From the NCBI GenBank assembly GCA_038064675.1, contig JBBTSM010000003.1, positions 102,663-166,662 of the forward strand: a stretch of 64,000 nt of DNA, in the 5' to 3' direction. Shown one piece after another: positions 7,751 to 16,700 of the stretch (position 1 is its first letter; each line of letters begins with the position of its first letter). The stretch is from Patescibacteria group bacterium. Its GTDB lineage: Bacteria > Patescibacteriota > Patescibacteriia > UBA9934. Made by a program: the position numbers and the translations under genes. Below the pieces are notes generated by a model. The model did not search any database, had not been told where the DNA came from, and was given only the letters and a program-made list of their open reading frames with translations.

Positions 7751-9400
7751 ATGTCTCTTCGCCGAATCATTATCATCACCGGGCTCTGTCTTGGCATCGC
7801 AATAATCGTACCGCGTGCCTTTGCATTTCCATCAAACACCGTTGCAAATCCTGGTGCCGAGACAGGAGATTTTACCAGCTGGTCCAATGTCGACATCAAT
7901 CCGTGGACGGTGGAAACCGGTGGTGCTTATGCCGGAACAAAATCATTTGTTGGAGGGTCGGGGAGCACAATCATCTCGCAAGAAATCGACCTTGTGAGCG
8001 CTGGCTACACCACAGCACAGCTCGACACCATTAGTGGCGTAGAACTCTCCGCCTGGGTAAAAGGCTTTACCGATGACAATCTTACCGGCGACCAATACGG
8101 ACTATTCATCGCCTATCAAGGCGAAGGCTTTGGCACCATGGCATTTACGTACGTTCCGCTCACCAGCGTTCCAACAGACTGGACGCACGTTGCAATCGGC
8201 CTTGGGAACTACGGACCGGGGCTCCGCTACATTCGCGTTGAACTCTGGTCGGTGGACGGCGATGGCGACGGTGCAGATCATGGAGCAATGTTCGATGATG
8301 TTGCACTGAGCATTGCCGGAGACACCGATACACCAACCGTATCGGCTCTTTCTCCCACAGACGGTGCAACGTCGGTAAATCTCCTTTCGAATCTCACCCT
8401 CACCTTCAACGAAACAGTCTACGCTGGCAGTGGCAATATCGTCATCCATCGTCTAAGCGATGGCGCCGTGGCTGCAACAATCGACGCAACGTCAGGCGCA
8501 GTGACCGGCCCAGGAACAAACACCATTGTTATCAATCCCACAACGTCGCTCCTTCAGGGAACCGCGTATTACATCACCGTCGACAATGGAGCATTCGTCG
8601 ATACGTGGACGAATCCATACGTCGGAATCTCCACGTCCACCGGCTGGAACATCCAAACCCCATTCCCCCAGGATTCGTCCGATCCGTCATCAACTCCTGA
8701 CTTCACCATTCATGATGCCGCCGCGACGATCGATGCATCTGGTGTAGCGACAGTGATATGGTCCGCGTCGTCGGAGACGCCATTCATTCGCGTGTATGCC
8801 GCGAAAGACGGACAAGATTGGGAACGCATTTCCGATCCGCTTCTCCCAACATCGTCGTTTTCATGGCAGATCCCGGAAGTATATCGGGGAAAGAATGTCT
8901 CATTTTTGGTTGAAGCAACCGACCTCGCTTCACGTCTTTCAAGCGCAGAAACACCCACTGTTCTTTGGACAGTGAATGCATCGGCCAGCTCCCCTACAGC
9001 ATCAGCAACCACGCCGAGCGAAGGAAGCTTCGTTCGTACCGCGGCGCAAGATACTGTGTACTACATCAATGCGAATTATCAACGCCAACCCATTCCGAAT
9101 GCCCAAACATTCTTTACGTGGGAAACATCATTTGATGTTGTACAAATCGTTAACGCAACAGCCTTGTCGGCAATTCCTATGGGGCCACCGCTTCCTCCAA
9201 AACCAGGAACCATGCTTATAAAAATCACCTCTGTTCCAAAAGTATACGTTGTTGATGGCACCGCCGAACATCCAACGTTGCATTGGATTCGAACGGAACA
9301 AAAAGCCATAGAGCTCTACGGTGCAGAATGGACACAGAATGTTCTGGATGTTCCCCCAACATCGTGGTCGTCGTACGATGTTGGATCCGATATTGAGTAA
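7751..9400 (+). CDS. Secreted surface protein: FBA-like sugar-binding domain, Ig-like (Big_5/SbsA) domain and shared C-terminal module
   Basis: Signal peptide MSLRRIIIITGLCLGIAIIVPRAFA. NPGAE..SQEIDLVSAGY..QLD..NYGPGLRYIRVE; PTVSALSPTDGAT..LTLTFNE; C-terminal VYYI..R.PIPN..KPGT.LIK..PKVY..W. Confidence 0.75.
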   Translation: MSLRRIIIITGLCLGIAIIVPRAFAFPSNTVANPGAETGDFTSWSNVDINPWTVETGGAYAGTKSFVGGSGSTIISQEIDLVSAGYTTAQLDTISGVELSAWVKGFTDDNLTGDQYGLFIAYQGEGFGTMAFTYVPLTSVPTDWTHVAIGLGNYGPGLRYIRVELWSVDGDGDGADHGAMFDDVALSIAGDTDTPTVSALSPTDGATSVNLLSNLTLTFNETVYAGSGNIVIHRLSDGAVAATIDATSGAVTGPGTNTIVINPTTSLLQGTAYYITVDNGAFVDTWTNPYVGISTSTGWNIQTPFPQDSSDPSSTPDFTIHDAAATIDASGVATVIWSASSETPFIRVYAAKDGQDWERISDPLLPTSSFSWQIPEVYRGKNVSFLVEATDLASRLSSAETPTVLWTVNASASSPTASATTPSEGSFVRTAAQDTVYYINANYQRQPIPNAQTFFTWETSFDVVQIVNATALSAIPMGPPLPPKPGTMLIKITSVPKVYVVDGTAEHPTLHWIRTEQKAIELYGAEWTQNVLDVPPTSWSSYDVGSDIE

Positions 9401-9424
9401 ATGCCATCCATTCTCTTTCTTCAT

Positions 9425-9456
9425 CAAAACCCCCACTCTTTCGAGCGGGGGTTTTG
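9425..9456. terminator. Intrinsic terminator, likely bidirectional
   Basis: CAAAACCCCCACTC-TTTC-GAGCGGGGGTTTTG. Confidence 0.6.
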
Positions 9457-9475
9457 TGTTGTATATGAAATTGCC

Positions 9476-9586
9476 CTACCACCGACCTGTTTCGTTTGGA
9501 TTGTATCCATTCACAACCTCAGTGTAGTTCGTATACCCGTCGCCTTCAGCGAAGGACATAAGATCGGCTCTCACGCTGTTGGACAT
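9476..9586 (-). pseudogene. Remnant homologous to the C-terminus of the gene at 12393..13568
   Basis: Encodes ...GDGYTNYTEVVNGYNPNETGRW* versus ...NDGYNDGLEIANGYNPNGTGRW*, with clear DNA similarity. Confidence 0.55.
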
Positions 9587-9764
9587 TTTGATAGCAGCAC
9601 GTGGTCGCAAAACAAATACTCGTCCTGAACGCTGAATCGGATTACGAAGAATCCGCTGGTGCCACAAAAGACGTTGTGCAATACAGAGCACCTGGAATAT
9701 CGCAGAAAACCATTGCAAAATAAGCCAAAAAGTGATACGGTTTCTTTGAATACGCAAACAATAT

Positions 9765-10397
9765 ATGCGCAGACTCAATCGAGAAAATCTCGTTTGGGGG
9801 GGCATCTTCCTGACACTTCAGGCACTCGTTTGGGCGCGAAATTTCATTATTGGATACATCGATTTTTACTGGTTCTGCGACTTCGCCCCCATGGTGTTTG
9901 CCGTGTTTTTCTTCTGCGATGCACCACAAGGAGCAAAGGGGCTCATTCACATTGGCCTTCTTGGCCAGCTACTCTACACCGTTTCATTTCTCAGCGCAGC
10001 GGCCTTTGGTATTCCACTCTTTGGATTCCCCATCGATCTCACCCTTGGAGCATTCTCGGTAACGATCACGTTTGTTATGCATCAAAGTGTCGTGCTTGCA
10101 CTATTTGCTACACGACACGTTCCCGCAGCCCCACGGTCGCTCCTGTATTCCGCGATCATTCTTCTTGGGGTGTACATTGCCGTGTTGAGCCTCGCCGATC
10201 CTACTCTCGCAACGCAAGAAAACTATAACTACATCTACTCCGGCGACCCACTGAACTTCATTCCGTTTTACACAGAACTCTGGATTGGCGTTGCGATGTG
10301 CGTTGCCGTGCTCCCCGCGTTCGCATTCGAAAAAATTCCTGACGCGCTTCTTCTCCTTATTCACAACATTCGTCATCGATACGCCGCATCGTCGTAA
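9765..10397 (+). CDS. Integral membrane protein (~6 TM)
   Basis: Several hydrophobic segments; FYWFCD and NYNY motifs. Confidence 0.7.
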   Translation: MRRLNRENLVWGGIFLTLQALVWARNFIIGYIDFYWFCDFAPMVFAVFFFCDAPQGAKGLIHIGLLGQLLYTVSFLSAAAFGIPLFGFPIDLTLGAFSVTITFVMHQSVVLALFATRHVPAAPRSLLYSAIILLGVYIAVLSLADPTLATQENYNYIYSGDPLNFIPFYTELWIGVAMCVAVLPAFAFEKIPDALLLLIHNIRHRYAASS

Positions 10398-10436
10398 GTG
10401 CGCATTCCGCCTTGGAATACCCTAACCACACATTCT

Positions 10437-10829
10437 ATGACATACCTTGCAAACATCGCTCAACTCACAGCAGAAAACGACGCCTTCCGCACCGTGCTCC
10501 ACACCACCACAAAAAGCCAGCTCGTCGTCATGACCATCCCCATCGGCGGCGATATCGGAATGGAAACACATGCCCACGTAGAACAAATCTTTTTCATTCA
10601 ATCCGGAAGCGGGAAAACAATCATAGACGACATTGAGTCCCCCATCAGCGCAGGCTTTGTGGTAATTGTTCCGCCAGGAACCAAACATAACATCCTCAAT
10701 ACTGGCAACGATCCCCTTCGCATCGCCACCGTGTATGTTCCGCCAAATCATCGCGACGGCACCGTTCACCACACCAAAGCCGATGCCGAAGCAGATCGTG
10801 CAGACGAAGCATTCGGCGCAACGGTGTAA
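10437..10829 (+). CDS. Cupin domain protein
   Basis: ETHAHVEQIFFIQSGSG and VPPGTKHNILNTG are cupin motifs 1 and 2; ATG at 10437. Confidence 0.88.
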   Translation: MTYLANIAQLTAENDAFRTVLHTTTKSQLVVMTIPIGGDIGMETHAHVEQIFFIQSGSGKTIIDDIESPISAGFVVIVPPGTKHNILNTGNDPLRIATVYVPPNHRDGTVHHTKADAEADRADEAFGATV

Positions 10830-10874
10830 CGCAGGCCTGGTATTCCTTATCCAAACACATTACGCTTCTAATAT

Positions 10875-11105
10875 ATGGACCTCAACAAAAAACTCTATCG
10901 AAGTGCCACGGATAAAATGATTACTGGTGTTTGCGGAGGCGTGGCAGAATACGTTCCCATGGATTCGACGGTGCTGCGACTTATCTGGGCCTTGGTTGTT
11001 GCGTTCACCGGCTTTGTTCCCGGCGTCATCGTTTACGTGATTGCTGCCCTTGTTATGCCAATCAAACCGGTTCCCGCAGCAGAGCCAACACCAACAAGCG
11101 TCTAA
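10875..11105 (+). CDS. pspC: PspC domain protein
   Basis: KKLYRSATDKMITGVCGGVAEY plus a TM segment. Confidence 0.9.
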   Translation: MDLNKKLYRSATDKMITGVCGGVAEYVPMDSTVLRLIWALVVAFTGFVPGVIVYVIAALVMPIKPVPAAEPTPTSV

Positions 11106-11111
11106 ACTTTC

Positions 11112-11140
11112 CAAAAATCCAGCACAACGCTGGATTTTTG
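11112..11140. terminator. Intrinsic terminator
   Basis: CAAAAATCCAGC-ACAAC-GCTGGATTTTTG. Confidence 0.65.
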
Positions 11141-11234
11141 AATACGTACAAGAAACCATCTCTCGCGTTACGCGCCGATCAAATATATTCGATATTTGAA
11201 AAGCCGCGCCCTGGGTGCGGCTCTTCTTCAGGGC

Positions 11235-11735
11235 CTACCCGGACGCGGCTTCCGCCGTTCGTACTTCGTGACGCGTGGCAATGTAGAACTCCAGTTGTTC
11301 ATTGACGTCTTTCGCAGACAGACGCTGACCAGCGCAGTCGTGCAGGATGTCCCTGAGCGCCGTTTCCGGGCCACCGAACCCCGGCAGGAGGCGCTTTACA
11401 ACTGCGTCGATTTCCACCCCTTCTAGGCTTAAGTCGAACAGCGACCAGAGCCCATCAAGGTACTCGAGACTGATTCCCCCGAAATTCAGGTAAACGATCT
11501 CGTCGTCCCCCTCCTTTCCGGAATAGTACCCCCTGAGCAGATTCGGAGGCCTAGCCCCCACCTCAACCGATACCGGAAACTGAGCGCGCGGCTCAGTCCA
11601 TCGCACCGTACTGAATTCCTCGTTCGGCAACATGGCGATCTGCGATTCATGCGGGGAAATCCCCGTCTCACGGCACACCGTTTCGATGAGGCCCTGGGCG
11701 ACCCACAGGGCGACGTTTTTTTTATCAGGACCCAT
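11235..11735 (-). CDS. Hypothetical protein (GC-rich orphan)
   Basis: ORF with AGGAG upstream of ATG 11735 (track starts at 11750). Confidence 0.6.
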   Translation of the reverse strand: MGPDKKNVALWVAQGLIETVCRETGISPHESQIAMLPNEEFSTVRWTEPRAQFPVSVEVGARPPNLLRGYYSGKEGDDEIVYLNFGGISLEYLDGLWSLFDLSLEGVEIDAVVKRLLPGFGGPETALRDILHDCAGQRLSAKDVNEQLEFYIATRHEVRTAEAASG

Positions 11736-11823
11736 TCCAACTCCTGTCACGCCTACCGCGACAGAAAAACACTATCAAAATATGGATAAAACGTCTACGC
11801 ACACTACGGGGGCATGCGTTATT

Positions 11824-11852
11824 TTGACATCGCTTGACTAGTCAACTATATT
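11824..11852 (+). promoter_or_regulatory. Sigma70 promoter with a palindromic operator, probably for MarR autoregulation
   Basis: TTGACA(11824)-17 nt-TATATT(11847); perfect palindrome TTGACTAGTCAA (11834-11845) in the spacer; ATG 8 nt after the -10 box. Confidence 0.7.
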
Positions 11853-11860
11853 GCAAGCAT

Positions 11861-12289
11861 ATGGAAAATCTCTCCCCTTCCGTGCAACTGTTTCTTGAAA
11901 TGGCAAAAGCACAAACCATTCTTACTCGCCGCTTTGATGCTGGTCTTGGTGGACTTGGGTTGAATGAGTTCATGATTCTCCACCAGCTGCATATCAGCGA
12001 AGACGAAACGCTTCGTCGTACGGATCTTGCGGATAACGTTGGCCTGACGCAATCCGGAATTACCCGACTGCTCGCGCCAATGGAAAAAATCGGACTGGTA
12101 AAGCGAAAGGCCTGCGCAGAAGATGCTCGAGTGAGTTACGTTGTGCTCGCGCCCGGCGGAAAGCGAAAATACGAAGAAGCCGTAGAACGCGCCGAGCTCA
12201 TCTGCGGAGAACTCCTCGCCGCGGCGCACGTTGAAAACCCGGAGTCGCTTCGCCAAACCATTCGCGCGATTGGTTTAGCGAGAATTTAG
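11861..12289 (+). CDS. MarR family transcriptional regulator
   Basis: DLADNVGLTQSGITRLLAPMEKIGLVKR..EDARVSYVVL winged helix-turn-helix. Confidence 0.9.
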   Translation: MENLSPSVQLFLEMAKAQTILTRRFDAGLGGLGLNEFMILHQLHISEDETLRRTDLADNVGLTQSGITRLLAPMEKIGLVKRKACAEDARVSYVVLAPGGKRKYEEAVERAELICGELLAAAHVENPESLRQTIRAIGLARI

Positions 12290-12392
12290 CCTATGAATAT
12301 CCACGAACTCGACCGCTGAATCTCGAGTAAACAAAATCCCGCAAAACATAAACGACTCCGAGCCTTTCAGCCGAAGTCGCTTACTGTGTGTT

Positions 12393-13568
12393 TTACCACC
12401 GACCAGTTCCGTTTGGATTGTAACCATTCGCAATCTCGAGGCCATCGTTGTAGCCGTCGTTATCGGAATCGGAATCAAAACGGTTGGTCCAGTGAACGGT
12501 CATTTCGGAATAATCCGTAAGACCGTCACCGTCGGAATCGAGCTTACCAACGCCGTTTGGATCGTAGCCATTGATGACTTCGGTGTAATCTTTATATCCA
12601 TCACCGTCCGTATCGGAACTGAACGGATTAGAATGCCACACATGTTCCTCATCCGCATTCGTTACGCCATCGCCGTCAGTGTCCATAGCGGAAACCGCGT
12701 TACCAAGGCTTTCAATAGCGGCCTCATCGTCGTCCGACAGATGATAGTTCTTGATATCGGTTGCATTGGTTGGCAACACAATATTCGTAGGCCGATTAAA
12801 GCTCTTGAAGAGCACCGAAACGCCGATGGTGGTATACGATGCATCGCTCTGGCGCACACTCACATTGAGTGTGAACATCGTAGGAAGCATGTCTGCAACA
12901 TCTACCCAGAAGGAACCACCGATCGTGACATGTTCGGCAAGATAGGTACGAACAGCGTCTTTTCCAGACGATGCGACCATCTTTTTCTCAACGAGATAAT
13001 CAACAAGATTATCGGTATCGATCGTGTACGCGTATCGCACCGTAGGCTTCTTGTTGATGAAGTCCACGGTTTCGTAATGGTACGTCACGATACCACGATC
13101 AAACATATCTTGAAGAGCTGACTGCATTTCTGCAATCCCCTCTGCGGTATCGGCGGCAGTTGGATACTCAGTCGAACCAGACTGCTTTGCAAAATACCAA
13201 GTGTCCCCGTCTTGCGAAAAGTACGCGGTGTCTTTGGTAAGGATCAACGATCCGTTCCGCGTATTGAATGCTCCGTTCTGGTCGGTCATCGATGCAGCGA
13301 AATCGAAGCGGCTATTTTGTGTTTCACTGGAAACGCCATCAAGATCCAAATGAATCTTCACCGGTTGCTTCATGCTTGATGTATACGTCTCCATATCCAC
13401 ATCGACGCCAAAATCAACAGACGTCGCGCTTGCGACGTTCTCAAGAAGTGTCGCGGACGAATCACCGAAGCTTGAGGTGAGGGTCGTCGAGGCCTGCGCA
13501 AACGACGCCGGCAACAACACCACACCCAAAACAGCAGTAGAAACGAGCTTTTTGATAAGATTTTTCAT
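12393..13568 (-). CDS. Secreted protein with four C-terminal DxDGDG (bacterial TSP3-like, Ca-binding) repeats
   Basis: Signal peptide MKNLIKKLVSTAVLGVVLLPASFAQA; repeats DTDGDG, DTDGDG, DSDGDG, DSDNDG. Confidence 0.75.
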   Translation of the reverse strand: MKNLIKKLVSTAVLGVVLLPASFAQASTTLTSSFGDSSATLLENVASATSVDFGVDVDMETYTSSMKQPVKIHLDLDGVSSETQNSRFDFAASMTDQNGAFNTRNGSLILTKDTAYFSQDGDTWYFAKQSGSTEYPTAADTAEGIAEMQSALQDMFDRGIVTYHYETVDFINKKPTVRYAYTIDTDNLVDYLVEKKMVASSGKDAVRTYLAEHVTIGGSFWVDVADMLPTMFTLNVSVRQSDASYTTIGVSVLFKSFNRPTNIVLPTNATDIKNYHLSDDDEAAIESLGNAVSAMDTDGDGVTNADEEHVWHSNPFSSDTDGDGYKDYTEVINGYDPNGVGKLDSDGDGLTDYSEMTVHWTNRFDSDSDNDGYNDGLEIANGYNPNGTGRW

Positions 13569-13739
13569 GGAAATTAGCCAATGAATTAACCAATCAGTAT
13601 AGCAAAAAAATGGCCAAAAGTCAAGGAATTTGGCTAAGATAAAAGGTAAAATAGAATCTAATCTGATCCTGAAATCGATGAAAAAGCAGATCAATGCAAC
13701 GCATCGTGAGCTGCATTAAGGAGGCACTGCTTCGAAATG

Positions 13740-16700
13740 TTACTCGTGAAGGTCCTGGCGGGCGCGGAGTTGGGAGCGGTCAACAAAGAATGGCGCACTG
13801 ATATCGGAGCCATGAAGAAAACGTGAGTAAAGCGTCGGCGGGATGTCGATAACGTAGTCTGCCCAGGAAGCACCAAAGATATCGCGCACAAGTACTTCAT
13901 TTGTCATCCATCGCAACGCAGTTCCCGTTCCAGATGTTTCAAGCCAATACACGCGATGATCGGATTGGACTTTGACCAGCACCGTTCCAGGATTCGGCAA
14001 CATTGGTGCGCCAACCACCATTTGTGGAAGCGTTGCATCGGTGACCATTTTAATCTCAGAACGGCTGATGATATATGTATACAGCGTCTGATTATCGATA
14101 AACGGATGTCGTCGTCCACCGGCCCCAACGTAATAGACTGTTGGATAGTTCGGCGACTGGATAAGATCTCCTACCGAAACTTCAGTAACCGATTCGGACA
14201 AGCCATTGAACGGCGATCGTCCTTGACCCTCGTAGACGACGGTTGTTGAAGGAGTTTCAGTTCCGTCACCCGCTTCCACGGCTCCATCACCAGATAGAAT
14301 TCCAGAGATGGAAAAAGTGTCATCCGACATATCTTGTGCACCAATGGTCAGCAAATCTCCACCTTCAATGAGCACGCGAGCGTTCGTCGTTGAAACATTC
14401 GGCACCGTCCACGTATAGCTGCCCGTGTTTTGAATATTTGTGGCAATCGCGGTATACGACACACCGTCGTCGAGAGAATACGCAAGCGTAACGAATGGAA
14501 TGGCAGTATCATTTGTGGACGACCAGCTGATGAATGCATGTTGTGCAGCAAGAAGACTGTCGCCGCCATTTGGCGTGATGAGTGAAAGAACAGGAACAAC
14601 GGATGGCGCGCTTTCTTCATCATTCGAGGAATCTGATGGCACTGTGGTAAACGTTGCCGGATGCGTCACTCCGGCAAGCGTGCCTCCGAACGGCACACCG
14701 GCAGTATCGTTTCCTCCAGTAACCGTGAACGTATACGACGTAGTAGGCGCTAAAAGCGATGGATGTGTTAGCGTGAGCACTGTTTCTCCCGCAGACCATG
14801 TTGCAGCGCAGCCATTAACCTCTGGAGCCAGGGTATACGTCACTGTTGAGACATTCATCGACTCGCTAAACGTAGCGGTAACATTGATGCTTCGCAACAC
14901 CGCCACCGATCCGTCTGCTGGAGTTATTGCAACAATACTTGGTGGTGCGGTATCGGTGGGAGTGACGAATCCCGACGACGCAACGTTGCCGAGCGTGTCA
15001 CTCACGCTTCCGATAATCGTGACGAGCGGTGTAAGACCGGTGTCATAGAAAGATCCCTCAGTTAACGACAGCGTCACTACGCCGGCAGATGCCTCGACAG
15101 CATCAGTAACAGCGTAAAGCGCTACAAAGAAGTCGGTGTCCGCAACAGTCGCAGCGTCGAGATCTTTTGAAAACGTCAAGACAATGCGATCAATCTTCCC
15201 ATTCGCATCAAAATCTTGTGTTGCGCCAGAAAGCAGAACTGGCGTTGCGGCGTCGCTCGGTGTAACCGATCCCGAAGCTCGAACATTCCCCACGCCATCC
15301 GCAACGTCTCCCACCAAAGACACGAGCGGGGTTGCACCAGTATCAACGCTTGATCCTTCAGTAAATACAATCGTCACTGCACCGGCCGAGGTTTCTGATG
15401 CGCTAGTGACAACGTATCCTGCAACAGTAATATCAGATCCTGAAACAGTTGATCCGTCGAGATCCTCCGAGAATAGCGCAACGACGCGGTCGATATAGCC
15501 ATTCGCGTCGATATCCTGCGCAACAGCAGACGTAAGGATTGGCAATGCAGAATCTGTTGGTGTCAGCGCCCCAGAAGTTGTGACATTGCCGGATGCATTA
15601 CTGACGCTTCCAACAATAGTGACGAGCGGCGTTGCGCCGGTATCAACCGATGGCCCCTCCGAGAGAACAATGGTCACTACGCCGGCAGCCGTTTCTGACG
15701 CACTCGATATTGTGTATCCAGAAACCGCAAAGTCCGATCCTGCAATAGTAGAACCATCAAGGTCTTGAGAAAATGTTACAACAACGGAATCAAGATATCC
15801 GTTTGTATTTGTATCGGCTGTGGTGGCCGACGCCATACTTGCAACAGACTGTGTCGTGGTAGAAAGCACATTGCTCCGATCCGAAACCGATGCGAAATTC
15901 GCGTCGTTGTCGTATGCCTCCACCGCGAAATAATATACCGTGTTCGGCGTAAGGCCGGTCACTATTCCAGTCGTCACATCACCAAACGTCGCGGTCTGTG
16001 TGAGTGCATTGCTCGCGGTTCCATACTTCACATGATATCCAGCGATAGTCGGTTCGAAAGCGGTAATGCTCGACCAATTCACCGTTGCCTGTGTTGCGGT
16101 CACCGCCGAGATCGTCAGCGCTGTCGGTTGCATGAATGCCAACGCCCACAACCGAGCGATACGTTCATAGCCGGCTGCATTTGGATGGACACCGTTATAC
16201 TCAGCCGGTTTATAATTTTGGAAGGTGAAAAAGAAATCAGCACCTCCTCCAAGTCCGAGCTCTGAGCGCATGGCGTCAATCGCGGCCGGATAGGTTGCCA
16301 AAACATCTACAATGTCCGCACGACTATCGTAGAACGGGTAAGGGACGTAAATATCGTCGTAGGAGGCGCCGTACGTGCCAATAAGGGTATTAAACAACGA
16401 CTCCATGTCGGCACGATATGTGGCTGCGGAGTGTAAGACTTGAGAATCTCCGTTGCCGAGCGCTACGATCCATTTTGTAGGAGCAAGTGCCAATTCTCTC
16501 GTTGTCCAATTGGAAACCATCACTGCCGACTGATAGTTCGACGCTCGTATACCAAGATGTCCTTCGTTCATCAGAAACACGGGGTAGCCATAATACGCAG
16601 ACAATTGATCGTTCAAATCTGTGAGAAACGATTCTTTAAACAGAGCATCAGACGGATCATTTTGTGGAAAATTTCTATGGTCAAGAGAAAGAGAACCCGC

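Noticed and set aside
9476-12462. DGR template/variable repeat pair
   Set aside because: Mismatches are not restricted to adenines (e.g. GCG vs GTG) and no reverse transcriptase is present.
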